Assembly (NCBI GenBank): GCA_963752495.1
Contig: CAVVYJ010000002.1
Location: 250,910 to 314,909, forward strand
DNA length: 64,000 bases
Source: an uncultured beta proteobacterium
GTDB lineage: Bacteria > Pseudomonadota > Gammaproteobacteria > Burkholderiales > Methylophilaceae
Reading direction: 5' to 3'
Made by a program: the position numbers and the translations under genes. Every line of letters starts with the position of its first letter. Positions within the stretch are counted from its first letter, which is position 1. Below the pieces are notes generated by a model. That model worked only from the letters and a program-made list of their open reading frames with translations. It was not told the origin of the DNA and did not search any database. Shown one piece after another: positions 19,690 through 29,142 of the stretch.

Positions 19690-19739
19690 CAATATCGACC
19701 AATATTTAAGCGACTCAATTTAAGATTATTGAAGAAAGC

Positions 19740-20636
19740 ATGCAAATGAAGCGTATTTTTTTATTTTTAGTGACTAACATGGCGATTATGTTGGTGTTAT
19801 CACTCACCTTAAGTGTGTTTGGTGTGGGTGCTTACATGACTGAAGCTGGCATCAACTATCAATCACTACTTATATTTACTGCTGTGATGGGTATGGGTGG
19901 GTCGCTTATTTCGCTTGCCATTTCTAAATGGACCGCAAAGCGGATGGTGGGAGCGGAAGTAATAACAGAGCCTAAAACACTAGAGCAGAAGTGGCTGTTG
20001 GAAACTGTTCGTGTGCAAGCGCAGTCGGCAGGTATAGGTATGCCAGAAGTAGCAACCTATGAGTCGCCAGACGTAAACGCGTTTGCAACAGGTATGAATA
20101 AAAATAATGCATTGGTTGCGGTTTCTACTGGCTTGTTAAGCAGCATGAGTCGTGATGAGGCGGAGGCGGTACTAGCGCATGAGGTTTCACATATTGCCAA
20201 TGGTGACATGGTGACTTTAGCGCTCATTCAGGGTGTGGTGAATACATTCGTGATGTTTTTATCACGCGTGATCGGTCACACGGTTGATAAAGTAGTCTTT
20301 AAAACTGAGCGTGGTCAAGGCCCCGCGTTTTATATCACCATGATTGTTGCTGAACTCCTACTTGGTATTTTGGCGAGCATAATAGTGATGTGGTTCTCAC
20401 GTCAAAGAGAGTTTCGTGCAGACTTAGGTGGCGCGCAATTGGCTGGCCGTCGAAAAATGATTGCCGCATTGGAAAAGCTAAAACTGGGGCAAACTAGCAC
20501 GCAAGCCGAAGCTCAACTCCCAGAAAAAATTGCAGCCTTTGGTATTTCTGGCGCGCAAAAAATAGGCTTAAAAAAGTTGTTTATGACGCATCCACCATTA
20601 GAAGAGCGTATTGCTGCGCTTAAACAAGCAACGTGA
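19740..20636 (+). CDS. htpX: zinc metalloprotease HtpX (peptidase M48)
   Basis: 298 aa with N-terminal TM helices, [10 protein letters not shown] (HExxH) and a C-terminal THPPLEERI. Confidence 0.92.
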   Translation: MQMKRIFLFLVTNMAIMLVLSLTLSVFGVGAYMTEAGINYQSLLIFTAVMGMGGSLISLAISKWTAKRMVGAEVITEPKTLEQKWLLETVRVQAQSAGIGMPEVATYESPDVNAFATGMNKNNALVAVSTGLLSSMSRDEAEAVLAHEVSHIANGDMVTLALIQGVVNTFVMFLSRVIGHTVDKVVFKTERGQGPAFYITMIVAELLLGILASIIVMWFSRQREFRADLGGAQLAGRRKMIAALEKLKLGQTSTQAEAQLPEKIAAFGISGAQKIGLKKLFMTHPPLEERIAALKQAT

Positions 20637-20674
20637 AAATATAAAGGATTACGTTTTGAACACAACAGGGAAGC

Positions 20675-21637
20675 ATGATGAGTAATATAGGTGAGCCATG
20701 GATGTGGGGTGCATTTATCGCGTTTGTAATCGCAATGCTGTTGCTCGATTTGTTTGTATTTGGTGGGCGCAAAGCGCACAAAGTAAGCATTAAAGAAGCT
20801 GCAATATGGTCTGTGGCCTGGGTGGCGTTGGCTATGCTGTTTAATGCGGGGTTATGGTGGTATTTAAATCGCACAGTGGGCGCAGATGTCGCCAGTCAAA
20901 AGTCTATGGAGTTTTTAACTGGGTACGTGATTGAAAAATCATTATCTGTTGATAACGTATTTGTATTTTTAATGATATTTAGTGCGTTTCATGTGGCGCC
21001 TGAACACCAGCGCCGAGTGCTCTTGTATGGCGTACTAGGCGCAATAGTTTTACGTGCAGTCATGATTTTGGCTGGTGCTTGGGTCGTGCGCGAGTTTCAT
21101 TGGGTGCTCTACTTGTTTGGTGCATTTTTGATTATTACTGGCATCCGTATGCTCACAATGGCCGAAAAAGAGCCAGATTTAGAGAAAAATTTCGTCTTGA
21201 AATTTGCACGAAAGCATCTGCTTATCACCGATGGGTACAGAGGTGAGAAATTTACAGTGGTGGAAAATGGTGTGCGTTATTTTACACCTTTGTTTCTCGT
21301 GCTTTTAATGATTGAAGTTTCGGATGTGATTTTTGCAGTTGACTCAATCCCAGCTATTTTTGCGATTACTACCGACCCATTTATCGTATTTACTTCAAAT
21401 ATTTTTGCTATATTAGGCCTAAGAGCGTTATATTTCTTGCTTGCAGATATGGCAGATCGTTTTCACTTATTGAAGGTGGGCTTAGCTTTCTTGCTTGTAT
21501 TCATAGGTGGTAAAATGCTTGCAGTACAGTGGGTGCATGTGCCCACAGAAATTTCACTATTGGTTATTGGCGTCATTTTAAGCTCATCGATTGTGGCAAG
21601 CTTACTTATTAAAAAACCTGACATTAAGGCTGAGTAA
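20675..21637 (+). CDS. TerC-family integral membrane protein
   Basis: 320 aa, polytopic, with paired EKSLSVDN / IEVSDVIFAVDSIPA motifs characteristic of TerC/Alx. Confidence 0.85.
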   Translation: MMSNIGEPWMWGAFIAFVIAMLLLDLFVFGGRKAHKVSIKEAAIWSVAWVALAMLFNAGLWWYLNRTVGADVASQKSMEFLTGYVIEKSLSVDNVFVFLMIFSAFHVAPEHQRRVLLYGVLGAIVLRAVMILAGAWVVREFHWVLYLFGAFLIITGIRMLTMAEKEPDLEKNFVLKFARKHLLITDGYRGEKFTVVENGVRYFTPLFLVLLMIEVSDVIFAVDSIPAIFAITTDPFIVFTSNIFAILGLRALYFLLADMADRFHLLKVGLAFLLVFIGGKMLAVQWVHVPTEISLLVIGVILSSSIVASLLIKKPDIKAE

Positions 21638-21640
21638 ATA

Positions 21641-22720
21641 ATGCAAGAGCTCACTACTCACCCAGCAATCCGGCTAGCGCTCCTTACCCTATTCGTTGCT
21701 ACTTTAGCAACGGCTGCTTGGTTAGTATTGCTGCCTTTTGTTATTCCAGTTTTATGGGCAATGATTATTGCTTACGCAAGTTGGCCAATGTATAAAAAAG
21801 TACTTACTAAGCTCAATGGCAAAGCTAATATTGCGGCTTTCTTGCTGACTATCATAATGACAGCAGTTGTTATTTTACCTTTGCTGTGGCTGTTAGTGAC
21901 GCTAAAAGATGAGTTTGACCATGCTACAGACGCAATTCAAAAAGTATTATTATCCGGTGGGTTTGTTGTGCCTCAGTTCATTACGCATATACCAATATTT
22001 GGACATGAAATAAGTGACTGGATAAGTCAAATCATCGCTAAACCCGACATGCTCAAATCAGAGATACAAAGCTTGCTGGCTGTTGCAGATAAAGCAAGTT
22101 TTGAAATTTTGGGCGGCATTGGTCGCAATATTGCCAAAATGGGCTTGGCATTATTGACATTATTTTTTGTATATAGAGATGGTGTTAATTTTTTGGCGCA
22201 AATAAAAAGTGTGATGCAGTCAATGCTGGGCACTAGGGTGAATACTTATATTGAGGCTGCGGGTGGCGCTACGCGTGGCGTTGTTTATGGCGTATTGCTG
22301 ACGGCTTTAATACAAGGGTTAGTGGCGGGTTTAGGCTACTGGGTAGCCGGCTTAAGTTCGCCTACTGTGCTTGCAGCAATCACCGTTCTATTTGCGCTTA
22401 TCCCATTCGGAACGCCTCTGGTTTGGGGTAGCATGGGCATTTGGTTAACGCTAACTGGACACACGCTTGAAGGTGTTGGCTTGTTGCTATGGGGTGCTTT
22501 GGTCGTCTCATGGGTCGATAACATTGTGAGACCATTGGTGGTCGCACAAAGCGTAAAAATACCTTTTATCCTCGCTTTTTTTGGAGTGCTGGGTGGATTG
22601 GCAGCATTTGGCTTAATTGGCCTATTCTTGGGCCCGGTGATATTAGCCATAGCCTTTGCTGTTTGGCAGGAGTGGCTAGAAGCTCATCCTCAAATCACAA
22701 ACTTTCCAACTAGTACTTAA
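21641..22720 (+). CDS. AI-2E family transporter (PerM-like permease)
   Basis: 359 aa with about 8 TM helices and the family-like C-terminal segment VDNIVRPLVV. Confidence 0.8.
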   Translation: MQELTTHPAIRLALLTLFVATLATAAWLVLLPFVIPVLWAMIIAYASWPMYKKVLTKLNGKANIAAFLLTIIMTAVVILPLLWLLVTLKDEFDHATDAIQKVLLSGGFVVPQFITHIPIFGHEISDWISQIIAKPDMLKSEIQSLLAVADKASFEILGGIGRNIAKMGLALLTLFFVYRDGVNFLAQIKSVMQSMLGTRVNTYIEAAGGATRGVVYGVLLTALIQGLVAGLGYWVAGLSSPTVLAAITVLFALIPFGTPLVWGSMGIWLTLTGHTLEGVGLLLWGALVVSWVDNIVRPLVVAQSVKIPFILAFFGVLGGLAAFGLIGLFLGPVILAIAFAVWQEWLEAHPQITNFPTST

Positions 22721-22730
22721 GCAATTGCCA

Positions 22731-23348
22731 TTAATTGGCAGTGGTTTTTTCTGGGATGCCAAAAAACCACGCACCAATCACCTTTTCGGCTTCTTCTACC
22801 CCTTGTTTTTTTAAACTGGAAAATAACTGCGCTGAGCAGTTTCCCCAAACAGTTTCCAGCTCTTTGCGTACTTTCATTAAAGTTTGATTGGCCTCGTTGC
22901 GCGAAAGTTTGTCCGATTTTGTTAGCAGCACATGCACGGGTTTGCCCGTATGGCAAAACCAATCGAGCATCTGACGGTCTAGAGGCGTAAGCGGATGGCG
23001 GCTATCCATCACCAGCACAAGGCCTTTCAGGCTGTTTCGCTCAGTTAAGTAACGTGAAAGCACCATTTGCCAATGTGCGCGCATCGCTTCGGGAACCTTT
23101 GCATACCCATAGCCAGGCAAATCTACCAAGTGCTTGCCGTCGCCAAGGGTGAAAAAATTGATAAGTTGCGTGCGTCCAGGTTGTTTACTCACAAATGCTA
23201 AGCGATTATGGTTAGCAAGCGTGTTGAGAGCGCTGGATTTTCCCGCGTTGGAGCGGCCGGCGAACGCCACTTCAATACCGTTGGCGGGCGGCAAATCGCT
23301 TAAGTTATGTGCGGAAATAAAGAACGTAGCGTTTTGAAACAGTGGCAT
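22731..23348 (-). CDS. engB: ribosome biogenesis GTP-binding protein YihA/EngB
   Basis: G1 motif [10 protein letters not shown]3 motif DLPGYG, G4 motif TKSDK. An internal Met start (MPLFQNATF) is preferred; the ORF is open to 23390. Confidence 0.88.
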   Translation of the reverse strand: MPLFQNATFFISAHNLSDLPPANGIEVAFAGRSNAGKSSALNTLANHNRLAFVSKQPGRTQLINFFTLGDGKHLVDLPGYGYAKVPEAMRAHWQMVLSRYLTERNSLKGLVLVMDSRHPLTPLDRQMLDWFCHTGKPVHVLLTKSDKLSRNEANQTLMKVRKELETVWGNCSAQLFSSLKKQGVEEAEKVIGAWFFGIPEKTTAN

Positions 23349-23570
23349 GAAAATTCTTTTAAAATCAAACAATAACGGTGTTGGCTTCATACTTCAACAG
23401 CTGGTTATACGCTTTTGTAACACCTGCGCTGTTTCAGTAGTCGCCGCCTTGCTCTTGTTTGATTGTAAAAAGAATTCAAGGCAGCATATAAGGCGCAAAT
23501 GCTATCATGAACCGACAAATTTTGATAAAATATTCTACAAATTAAATAGTTAACACTTTCTGGAGATAGT

Positions 23571-24200
23571 ATGCGCAGTGGCATCTTTGCATTATTAATG
23601 TTAGGTTTAGTGGCGTTGCCAGCATCAGCCGCAAACAAAAAAGTTGAGAATGCGGCGCCAGTCCCTGTGCAAAGTGCCGCTGAAAAAACAGTCCAAACAG
23701 TCTGCGCTGCATGTCATGGCGCGGATGGGAATAGCAGTATTACATTAAACCCTAAGCTTGCAGGTCAACACCCAGAATACTTACTGAAACAACTGACTAA
23801 TTTTAAAGAAGGTAAGCGTGCAAATGCAGTCATGAGTGGCATGGTTGCAAACTTATCTGCAGCGGAGATGAAAGACTTGGCTACTTATTTTGCCGCGCAA
23901 AAACCAACACTAGGTAAAGCCAAGGCAAATGGTGCTGGTTCACTGGGTGAGAAAATTTATCGTGGTGGCATTGCTGCAACCCAAGTACCAGCTTGCGCTG
24001 CCTGTCATGGCGCAAGTGGCACAGGTATTCCAAAGCAGTTCCCGCGCGTTGCCGGACAGCATGCAGATTACACGCTGGCGCAGTTACGCACTTTCCGCAC
24101 TGGTGAGCGCGCCAATGCGCCTATGATGATGACGATAGCAACAAAAATGACGGACGCAGAGATGCAGGCGGTAGCGGATTACATACAGGGTCTGCGCTAA
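23571..24200 (+). CDS. dihaem cytochrome c4
   Basis: Signal peptide plus two CxxCH motifs (CAACHG twice), each followed by a distal Met region. Confidence 0.88.
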   Translation: MRSGIFALLMLGLVALPASAANKKVENAAPVPVQSAAEKTVQTVCAACHGADGNSSITLNPKLAGQHPEYLLKQLTNFKEGKRANAVMSGMVANLSAAEMKDLATYFAAQKPTLGKAKANGAGSLGEKIYRGGIAATQVPACAACHGASGTGIPKQFPRVAGQHADYTLAQLRTFRTGERANAPMMMTIATKMTDAEMQAVADYIQGLR

Positions 24201-24205
24201 TGTAG

Positions 24206-25912
24206 TTATTTAGGTGCGAGTGTGACCCTAAAGCACACCTCACCATTAACATTGTTGGCAAGGTTTAACGCATAGCCGGCCTGCTTGGCATCAAGCGCTG
24301 CATGGTACAAGCCAACACCCAAGCCATTGTTAGATGATGAGATGTGTTTTTTAAATAAATCTTTGGCAATCGCTTGTTCAATCGCTTTCCCGGTATCGGT
24401 TACATCAATACAAAAACCATTTTCAGGTGCGTGATAAATCGCCACTTTGATTTGGGTATCTGTTTGGTACTTGGCTTTTTCGGTTGCGTTGCTAAGTAGG
24501 TTATCCAATATACTGTCCAGCACTTCTGCATTAATATCCAGTGCAGGTAGTGCATCAGCTAAAAACTCAATATCTGCCTGCTGGTGACGTAGTTGCAAGT
24601 CTTTCCACCATGCAGAAATTTTTTCGATTTTTTTCTTCTCTTCGCCAGGCGCTTTAAGTTTATCCAGCGTGGCACCAATACGCTGATTTAACATAGGCAA
24701 TTGGCGACGAATCAGGTTTAATAACCCTTCGTTATCTTTTTCATCTGCCTGCTCAGCGGCGGTGACCAAAGTACCCACAGATTGCAGAATGTTTTTGATA
24801 TCATGCGTCAGACGTGAGCCGCTCTCATAAAAGGCTTGCATGTAGGCATTCTGACGCAATGTTTCCTCACGTCGTTTGGCCAAATAAAATTCACCCATTA
24901 TTTGTGTAAGTAAGCGCACGTGCACATACAATGCAGGCGAAATCTGCCAGCGCGTATGTAAGGTCATGTGCAAATCCTTAAAGTTAAAATGCGTGCTGTG
25001 GCTGGAGGGTGTGCCCAGCTTGCCTTCCGTTTCATCGGCCAGCCAACTGACGCCAGAAACCCACGGCAAGTTCGTCATCTCTAGCATTGCGCCTTGTACA
25101 AAGTTATTTGCATTTGATTCAATTTCGCCTAAATTAGCGATATTTTTCACCCATTTTTCAAACGGCATGCCAACGCTTGATAAATAGCGTGACATGAGGA
25201 GCTCAACCCCAGAGAAGCGCGTGCTGGGTTTCCATAATAGGCTAAACGCCATCAATGTAAGTGCCAAGCCAAATATTGAAATAAACATAATCTGAATGTA
25301 ATTTACTTTGTGTAGCGTGCCAATGGCGAAACTCGCAAGCACTAAAATAAGCGCTATCATTGAGAGTAATAAGGTGTAGAAAAAGTCTATGATTGGTAGC
25401 TGGCCAGATTTAATTGCCTGATTTGGCATAAATAGAATAGCAATTGGCAGCAACGGAATAAGATAGGTAATCGTAAATTCTGCGGCATCCAAATCGTTTG
25501 ATGCACCTAGAAGTTTTGGTACAACCCATAGCAAAAGCATGGCTAAAAGATAGCTTGCGGCAAGAATATGGATGATGCGATTTGTTTTGGATTCTTCTGA
25601 AAAGATACGACCGCCAAGCAAACCAAACAGGGTAGCCAGCCATGCTGCAGTAAACCACCAATTGATACAACAAAACGCGAGCCAGCCAAAAATAAGGAAT
25701 AATGCAACACTCATTTTAGAGAGACGGTCTGAACCACGCCAAATCGGTTGCCAAATTAAAAACAAACCGTAATGACATAAGAAAAATGCCCGGTGCAGAT
25801 GATTAAGACCTTCTCCCCAAATTAAGAATGCATGCAAACTGAGCAGCATTAGCGCCAAAATGCGCTGCGAGTTTGTGACTAATAGTTGATTGATTCTGGA
25901 GATGTTTAGCAT
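24206..25912 (-). CDS. orphan multi-TM sensor histidine kinase
   Basis: 568 aa with about 9-11 N-terminal TM helices. H-box is THDIKNILQSV; ATPase boxes are LDNLLSNATEKA, DTGKAI and GLGVGLY. No response regulator gene is adjacent. Confidence 0.8.
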   Translation of the reverse strand: MLNISRINQLLVTNSQRILALMLLSLHAFLIWGEGLNHLHRAFFLCHYGLFLIWQPIWRGSDRLSKMSVALFLIFGWLAFCCINWWFTAAWLATLFGLLGGRIFSEESKTNRIIHILAASYLLAMLLLWVVPKLLGASNDLDAAEFTITYLIPLLPIAILFMPNQAIKSGQLPIIDFFYTLLLSMIALILVLASFAIGTLHKVNYIQIMFISIFGLALTLMAFSLLWKPSTRFSGVELLMSRYLSSVGMPFEKWVKNIANLGEIESNANNFVQGAMLEMTNLPWVSGVSWLADETEGKLGTPSSHSTHFNFKDLHMTLHTRWQISPALYVHVRLLTQIMGEFYLAKRREETLRQNAYMQAFYESGSRLTHDIKNILQSVGTLVTAAEQADEKDNEGLLNLIRRQLPMLNQRIGATLDKLKAPGEEKKKIEKISAWWKDLQLRHQQADIEFLADALPALDINAEVLDSILDNLLSNATEKAKYQTDTQIKVAIYHAPENGFCIDVTDTGKAIEQAIAKDLFKKHISSSNNGLGVGLYHAALDAKQAGYALNLANNVNGEVCFRVTLAPK

Positions 25913-25954
25913 AGGCTCACTGTACTTTTTATCGTGATATTCATGTATTAAAAT

Positions 25955-25970
25955 GTGTCAATATTCTGTC
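25955..25970 (+). promoter_or_regulatory. candidate enhancer (upstream activator) boxes GTGTC-N6-CTGTC
   Basis: Two (G/C)TGTC pentamers sit 11 nt apart, about 100 nt upstream of the sigma-54 promoter. As I recall, this resembles the PilR site repeat described for Pseudomonas pilA. Confidence 0.35.
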
Positions 25971-25995
25971 ATAAATGATGAAATTTCATCGTTTT

Positions 25996-26008
25996 TATCA
26001 AAACCTTA
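25996..26008 (+). promoter_or_regulatory. IHF consensus site
   Basis: TATCAAaaccTTA matches WATCAANNNNTTR at every specified position. It lies between the upstream boxes and the -24/-12 promoter. Confidence 0.5.
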
Positions 26009-26056
26009 ATCAGCTTAATAGGGCTGTGATCCGCTATTTATATAGGTGCTGCCTAT

Positions 26057-26072
26057 TGGTACGAAAATTGCA
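26057..26072 (+). promoter_or_regulatory. sigma-54 (-24/-12) promoter
   Basis: TGGTACGaaaaTTGCA against the consensus TGGCACG-N4-TTGCW: one mismatch, correct GG/GC spacing. It is about 75 nt upstream of ATG 26147. Confidence 0.7.
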
Positions 26073-26146
26073 TATTTTTTGCCAAATGCGAGATAACTAG
26101 TATTTGCTTGCATATAACAAAAACTGAGGTTAAAAGGATACCACAA

Positions 26147-26791
26147 ATGAATAAACAAACAGGTTTTACCCTTATAGAACTTGCCATCGTGCTGGTTATT
26201 ATTGGCCTGCTACTTGGCGGTGTGTTAAGAGGGCAAGAGCTGATTAATAGTGCCAAGGTTAAAAACATGGCGCGCGATTTCCAGAACGTGCAAGTCTATA
26301 TTTACGGCTATCAGGATAAATTTAAGGCTTTGCCTGGCGATGATGCGGCTGTGGCTACGCATGTGACTGGCGGTACTGCTGGTACAACAGGAACTCTTGG
26401 TAATGGCGTAATTCAAGGAAACTGGAACACGGCAACGAATGGCGACGAGTCTTGTGTATTTTGGCAACATGTGCGTTTGGCTGGTTTGGCTCCAGGTCCA
26501 ACAGTAGTAGATTGCACGGCTGGTAACACTTACCAACCACGTAATGCGGATGGTGGTTTGATTGGAATTCAAAGTGTATCAGGCTTTACCTCGGTTACAG
26601 GGATGTCTGGTGCTTATGTAGTCTGCTCAGATGCGATTCTTGGTAAATTTGCTAAGCAATTGGATACAACCTTGGACGATGGTGTGGGCGATACAGGCTC
26701 AGTTAGAGTTCAAGTGATAGGTGGTGCGGCTACCGCAGGTGTCGCAGCAGCAGCAGATGCTACGCCTCATATGGTTTGCATGGCTTTCTGA
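26147..26791 (+). CDS. prepilin-type N-terminal cleavage/methylation domain protein (type IV pilin / pseudopilin-like)
   Basis: MNKQTG|FTLIELAIVLVIIGLL: short leader, Gly-1, Phe+1, Glu+5. RBS aaggat is upstream and four Cys lie in the C-terminal half. The ORF track start at 26108 is judged too early. Confidence 0.85.
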   Translation: MNKQTGFTLIELAIVLVIIGLLLGGVLRGQELINSAKVKNMARDFQNVQVYIYGYQDKFKALPGDDAAVATHVTGGTAGTTGTLGNGVIQGNWNTATNGDESCVFWQHVRLAGLAPGPTVVDCTAGNTYQPRNADGGLIGIQSVSGFTSVTGMSGAYVVCSDAILGKFAKQLDTTLDDGVGDTGSVRVQVIGGAATAGVAAAADATPHMVCMAF

Positions 26792-26814
26792 GCTTAATTT
26801 AAAACTACTTAACG

Positions 26815-26844
26815 AGCCCGCTTTGGCGGGCTTTTTGTTTTTTT
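26815..26844 (+). terminator. intrinsic terminator after the prepilin gene
   Basis: Stem agcccgc / gcgggct with a tttg loop, followed by tttttgttttttt. Confidence 0.85.
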
Positions 26845-26915
26845 GCGCGAGTGAAGTATTTTGATTTAGAATACAGCATAACTAAAATGACAGCTAAAAA
26901 CCTACGACTTAACTC

Positions 26916-27720
26916 ATGACGCAAAATATCGTCGAAATCGACAATCTCTCGTTTGGCTACAAAAGCCGTATGCTGCACCAAGGCATCAGTATGGTGTTTC
27001 CGCGTGGTAAGGTTGTGGCGATTATGGGCGGTAGCGGCAGTGGTAAAACCACACTGTTCCGTCTGATTGGTGGGCAACTTAAACCGACTAAAGGTGAAGT
27101 GCGTGTGGATGGGCTTGTGGTGCACCAGCAAGATCGAGAAGGCATCTACCAGTTACGTCGCAAAATGGGCATGCTGTTTCAGCACGGTGCGTTGTTTACC
27201 GATTTATCCGTGTTTGACAATGTGGCTTTCCCGATGCGTGAGCTTACAGATTTGCCTGAGAGCATGATTCGTGATTTGGTGCTGATGAAGCTGCATGCGG
27301 TTGGTCTGCGCGGTGCGCATAAGCTTATGCCCGCCGAGCTTTCTGGGGGTATGGCAAGGCGTGTTTCGCTAGCACGCGCAGTGGCGCTTGATCCAGACAT
27401 TATTATGTACGATGAGCCATTTGCAGGGCTTGGATCCAATTTCCATGGGCGTGATTTGTGATTTAATTCGCACATTAAACGATGCGCTTGGAGCAACTTC
27501 TATCATTGTGACGCATGATGTAGAGGAGGCGTTTTCTTTTGCGGATTATGTCTACTTTGTTGCAAATGGCACGGTGGCGGCTGAAGGTACGCCAGAAGAT
27601 TTGCGCAAATCTAATCTGCCATTTGTGCATCAATTTGTGTATGGCGAAAAAGATGGTCCGGTACCATTTCATTATCCTGCGGGTGATTATAAGCAAGATT
27701 TGTTAGGGTTTAAGACATGA
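26916..27720 (+). pseudogene. mlaF: phospholipid ABC transporter ATP-binding protein MlaF, frame broken by an apparent 1-nt insertion (GG at 27432..27433)
   Basis: ORF1 has Walker A GGSGSGKT, the signature LSGGMARR and Walker B IIMYDEPFAGL, then GSNFHGRDL*. ORF2 continues DPISMGVICDLIRTLN...VTHDV. CTTGAT instead of CTTGGAT restores DEPFAGLDPISMGV. Confidence 0.9.
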
Positions 27721-28520
27721 TTCAATCCCATTTGTTAGTGAGCTTGGTGCGCACGTTACGAAAAATTGGTAGCGATTTCATCGATCGCCTATGGCGCTTG
27801 GGTGCGGGTACTCGTCTATTAGGACTTACCCTAGTTTCAAGTGGCGAGAGTTTCCGCAGGTTTGATTTGGTTATTCGGGAAGTCTATTTTACTGGTGTGC
27901 GGTCGCTTATTATTATTTCTGTTTCAGCCTTTTTTGTGGGTATGGTGCTGGCCTTGCAGGGCTATAATACACTGCAAAAATATGGTTCATCCGAGGCAAT
28001 TGGTGTATTAGTAGCTTTGGCGTTAGTGCGTGAACTTGGCCCGGTTGTTACAGCGCTGCTATTTGCAGGGCGCGCTGGAACGGCGATTACGGCAGAAATT
28101 GGCTTGATGAAAGCAACCGAACAATTGTCTGCGATGGAAATGATGGCAGTGAGTCCAATATCGCGCGTTATCGCGCCACGATTTTGGGCAGGCGTGATTT
28201 CTATGCCAATTTTGGCGTCATTGTTTTCAATGGTGGGAATTTTGGGCGGCTATATGGTTGCCGTGCCCTTGATTGGTGTGGATGCAGGTGCTTTCTGGTC
28301 GCAAATGCAGGCCAATGTGGATTGGCGCTTGGATATTGTGAACGGTGTAATTAAAAGTGTGGTTTTTGGTGTTGCTTGTAGCATCATTGCTTTGTTTGAG
28401 GGCTATGATGCGCCCCCAACAGCCGAAGGTGTAAGTAGCGCAACTACAAGAACCGTAGTGACCTCATCGCTTGTAGTGCTCGCACTCGATTTTGCATTAA
28501 CTTCATTTATGATTAGCTAG
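27717..28520 (+). CDS. mlaE: phospholipid ABC transporter permease MlaE
   Basis: 267 aa, polytopic, with an ATGA overlap to mlaF. Conserved segment ELGPVVTALLFAGRAGTAITAEIG. Confidence 0.92.
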   Translation: MIQSHLLVSLVRTLRKIGSDFIDRLWRLGAGTRLLGLTLVSSGESFRRFDLVIREVYFTGVRSLIIISVSAFFVGMVLALQGYNTLQKYGSSEAIGVLVALALVRELGPVVTALLFAGRAGTAITAEIGLMKATEQLSAMEMMAVSPISRVIAPRFWAGVISMPILASLFSMVGILGGYMVAVPLIGVDAGAFWSQMQANVDWRLDIVNGVIKSVVFGVACSIIALFEGYDAPPTAEGVSSATTRTVVTSSLVVLALDFALTSFMIS

Positions 28521-28548
28521 AATTAAATAATTGCAGGGGTAGATTGTT

Positions 28549-29094
28549 ATGGAAAGAACGACAATAGATTTATGGGTGGGCGTATTTGTAGCGCTGGGTG
28601 TAGCTGCCTTACTTGGGCTTGCGATGAAAGTGGGCAACCTCACCACGAGTAGCATAGGGGAAACTTATACAGTCACCGCAGCTTTTGAGAATATTGGCGG
28701 CTTGAAGCCGCGCGCACCTGTTAAGAGTGCTGGCGTGGTCGTTGGTCGCGTTGGCGATATTAAGTTTGACGGCACAACTTTTGAGGCCGTTGTGAGTCTC
28801 AACGTGGATAAGCGTTATAAATTTCCAACAGATACATTCGCTAATATATACACTGCAGGGCTGTTGGGTGAGCAGTATATTGGTCTGGAAGCTGGCGGAG
28901 ACGAAAATAACTTGAAGAATGGTGATAAAATCACACAGACACAAGATGCAGTTGTGCTCGAAAAAATGATTAGTCAGTTCTTGTATAATAAAGCTTCGGA
29001 ATCAAAAGAGGACACAAAAGCTACGTCAGGGGCATCAACCAAAACAGAGGATGATGCGTTAGGTTCCAATCCTTTGGACGATTTGAAAAAATAG
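28549..29094 (+). CDS. mlaD: outer membrane lipid asymmetry protein MlaD (MCE domain)
   Basis: 181 aa with an N-terminal anchor and an MCE domain (GGLKPRAPVKSAGVVVGRV). Operon position fits. Confidence 0.9.
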   Translation: MERTTIDLWVGVFVALGVAALLGLAMKVGNLTTSSIGETYTVTAAFENIGGLKPRAPVKSAGVVVGRVGDIKFDGTTFEAVVSLNVDKRYKFPTDTFANIYTAGLLGEQYIGLEAGGDENNLKNGDKITQTQDAVVLEKMISQFLYNKASESKEDTKATSGASTKTEDDALGSNPLDDLKK

Positions 29095-29142
29095 TTCGAA
29101 TAAATAATAATTTTTAAAAATCAATTTTTGGGATTAGAAAAA

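Noticed and set aside
20637-20674. Possible yybP-ykoY (Mn) riboswitch ahead of the TerC-family gene.
   Set aside because: Only 38 nt separate htpX and the TerC gene, far too short for that riboswitch.
26805-27131. 108-codon minus-strand ORF across the terminator and the mlaF start.
   Set aside because: It overlaps the mlaF Walker A region in antisense and runs through a terminator hairpin, with no supporting motif.
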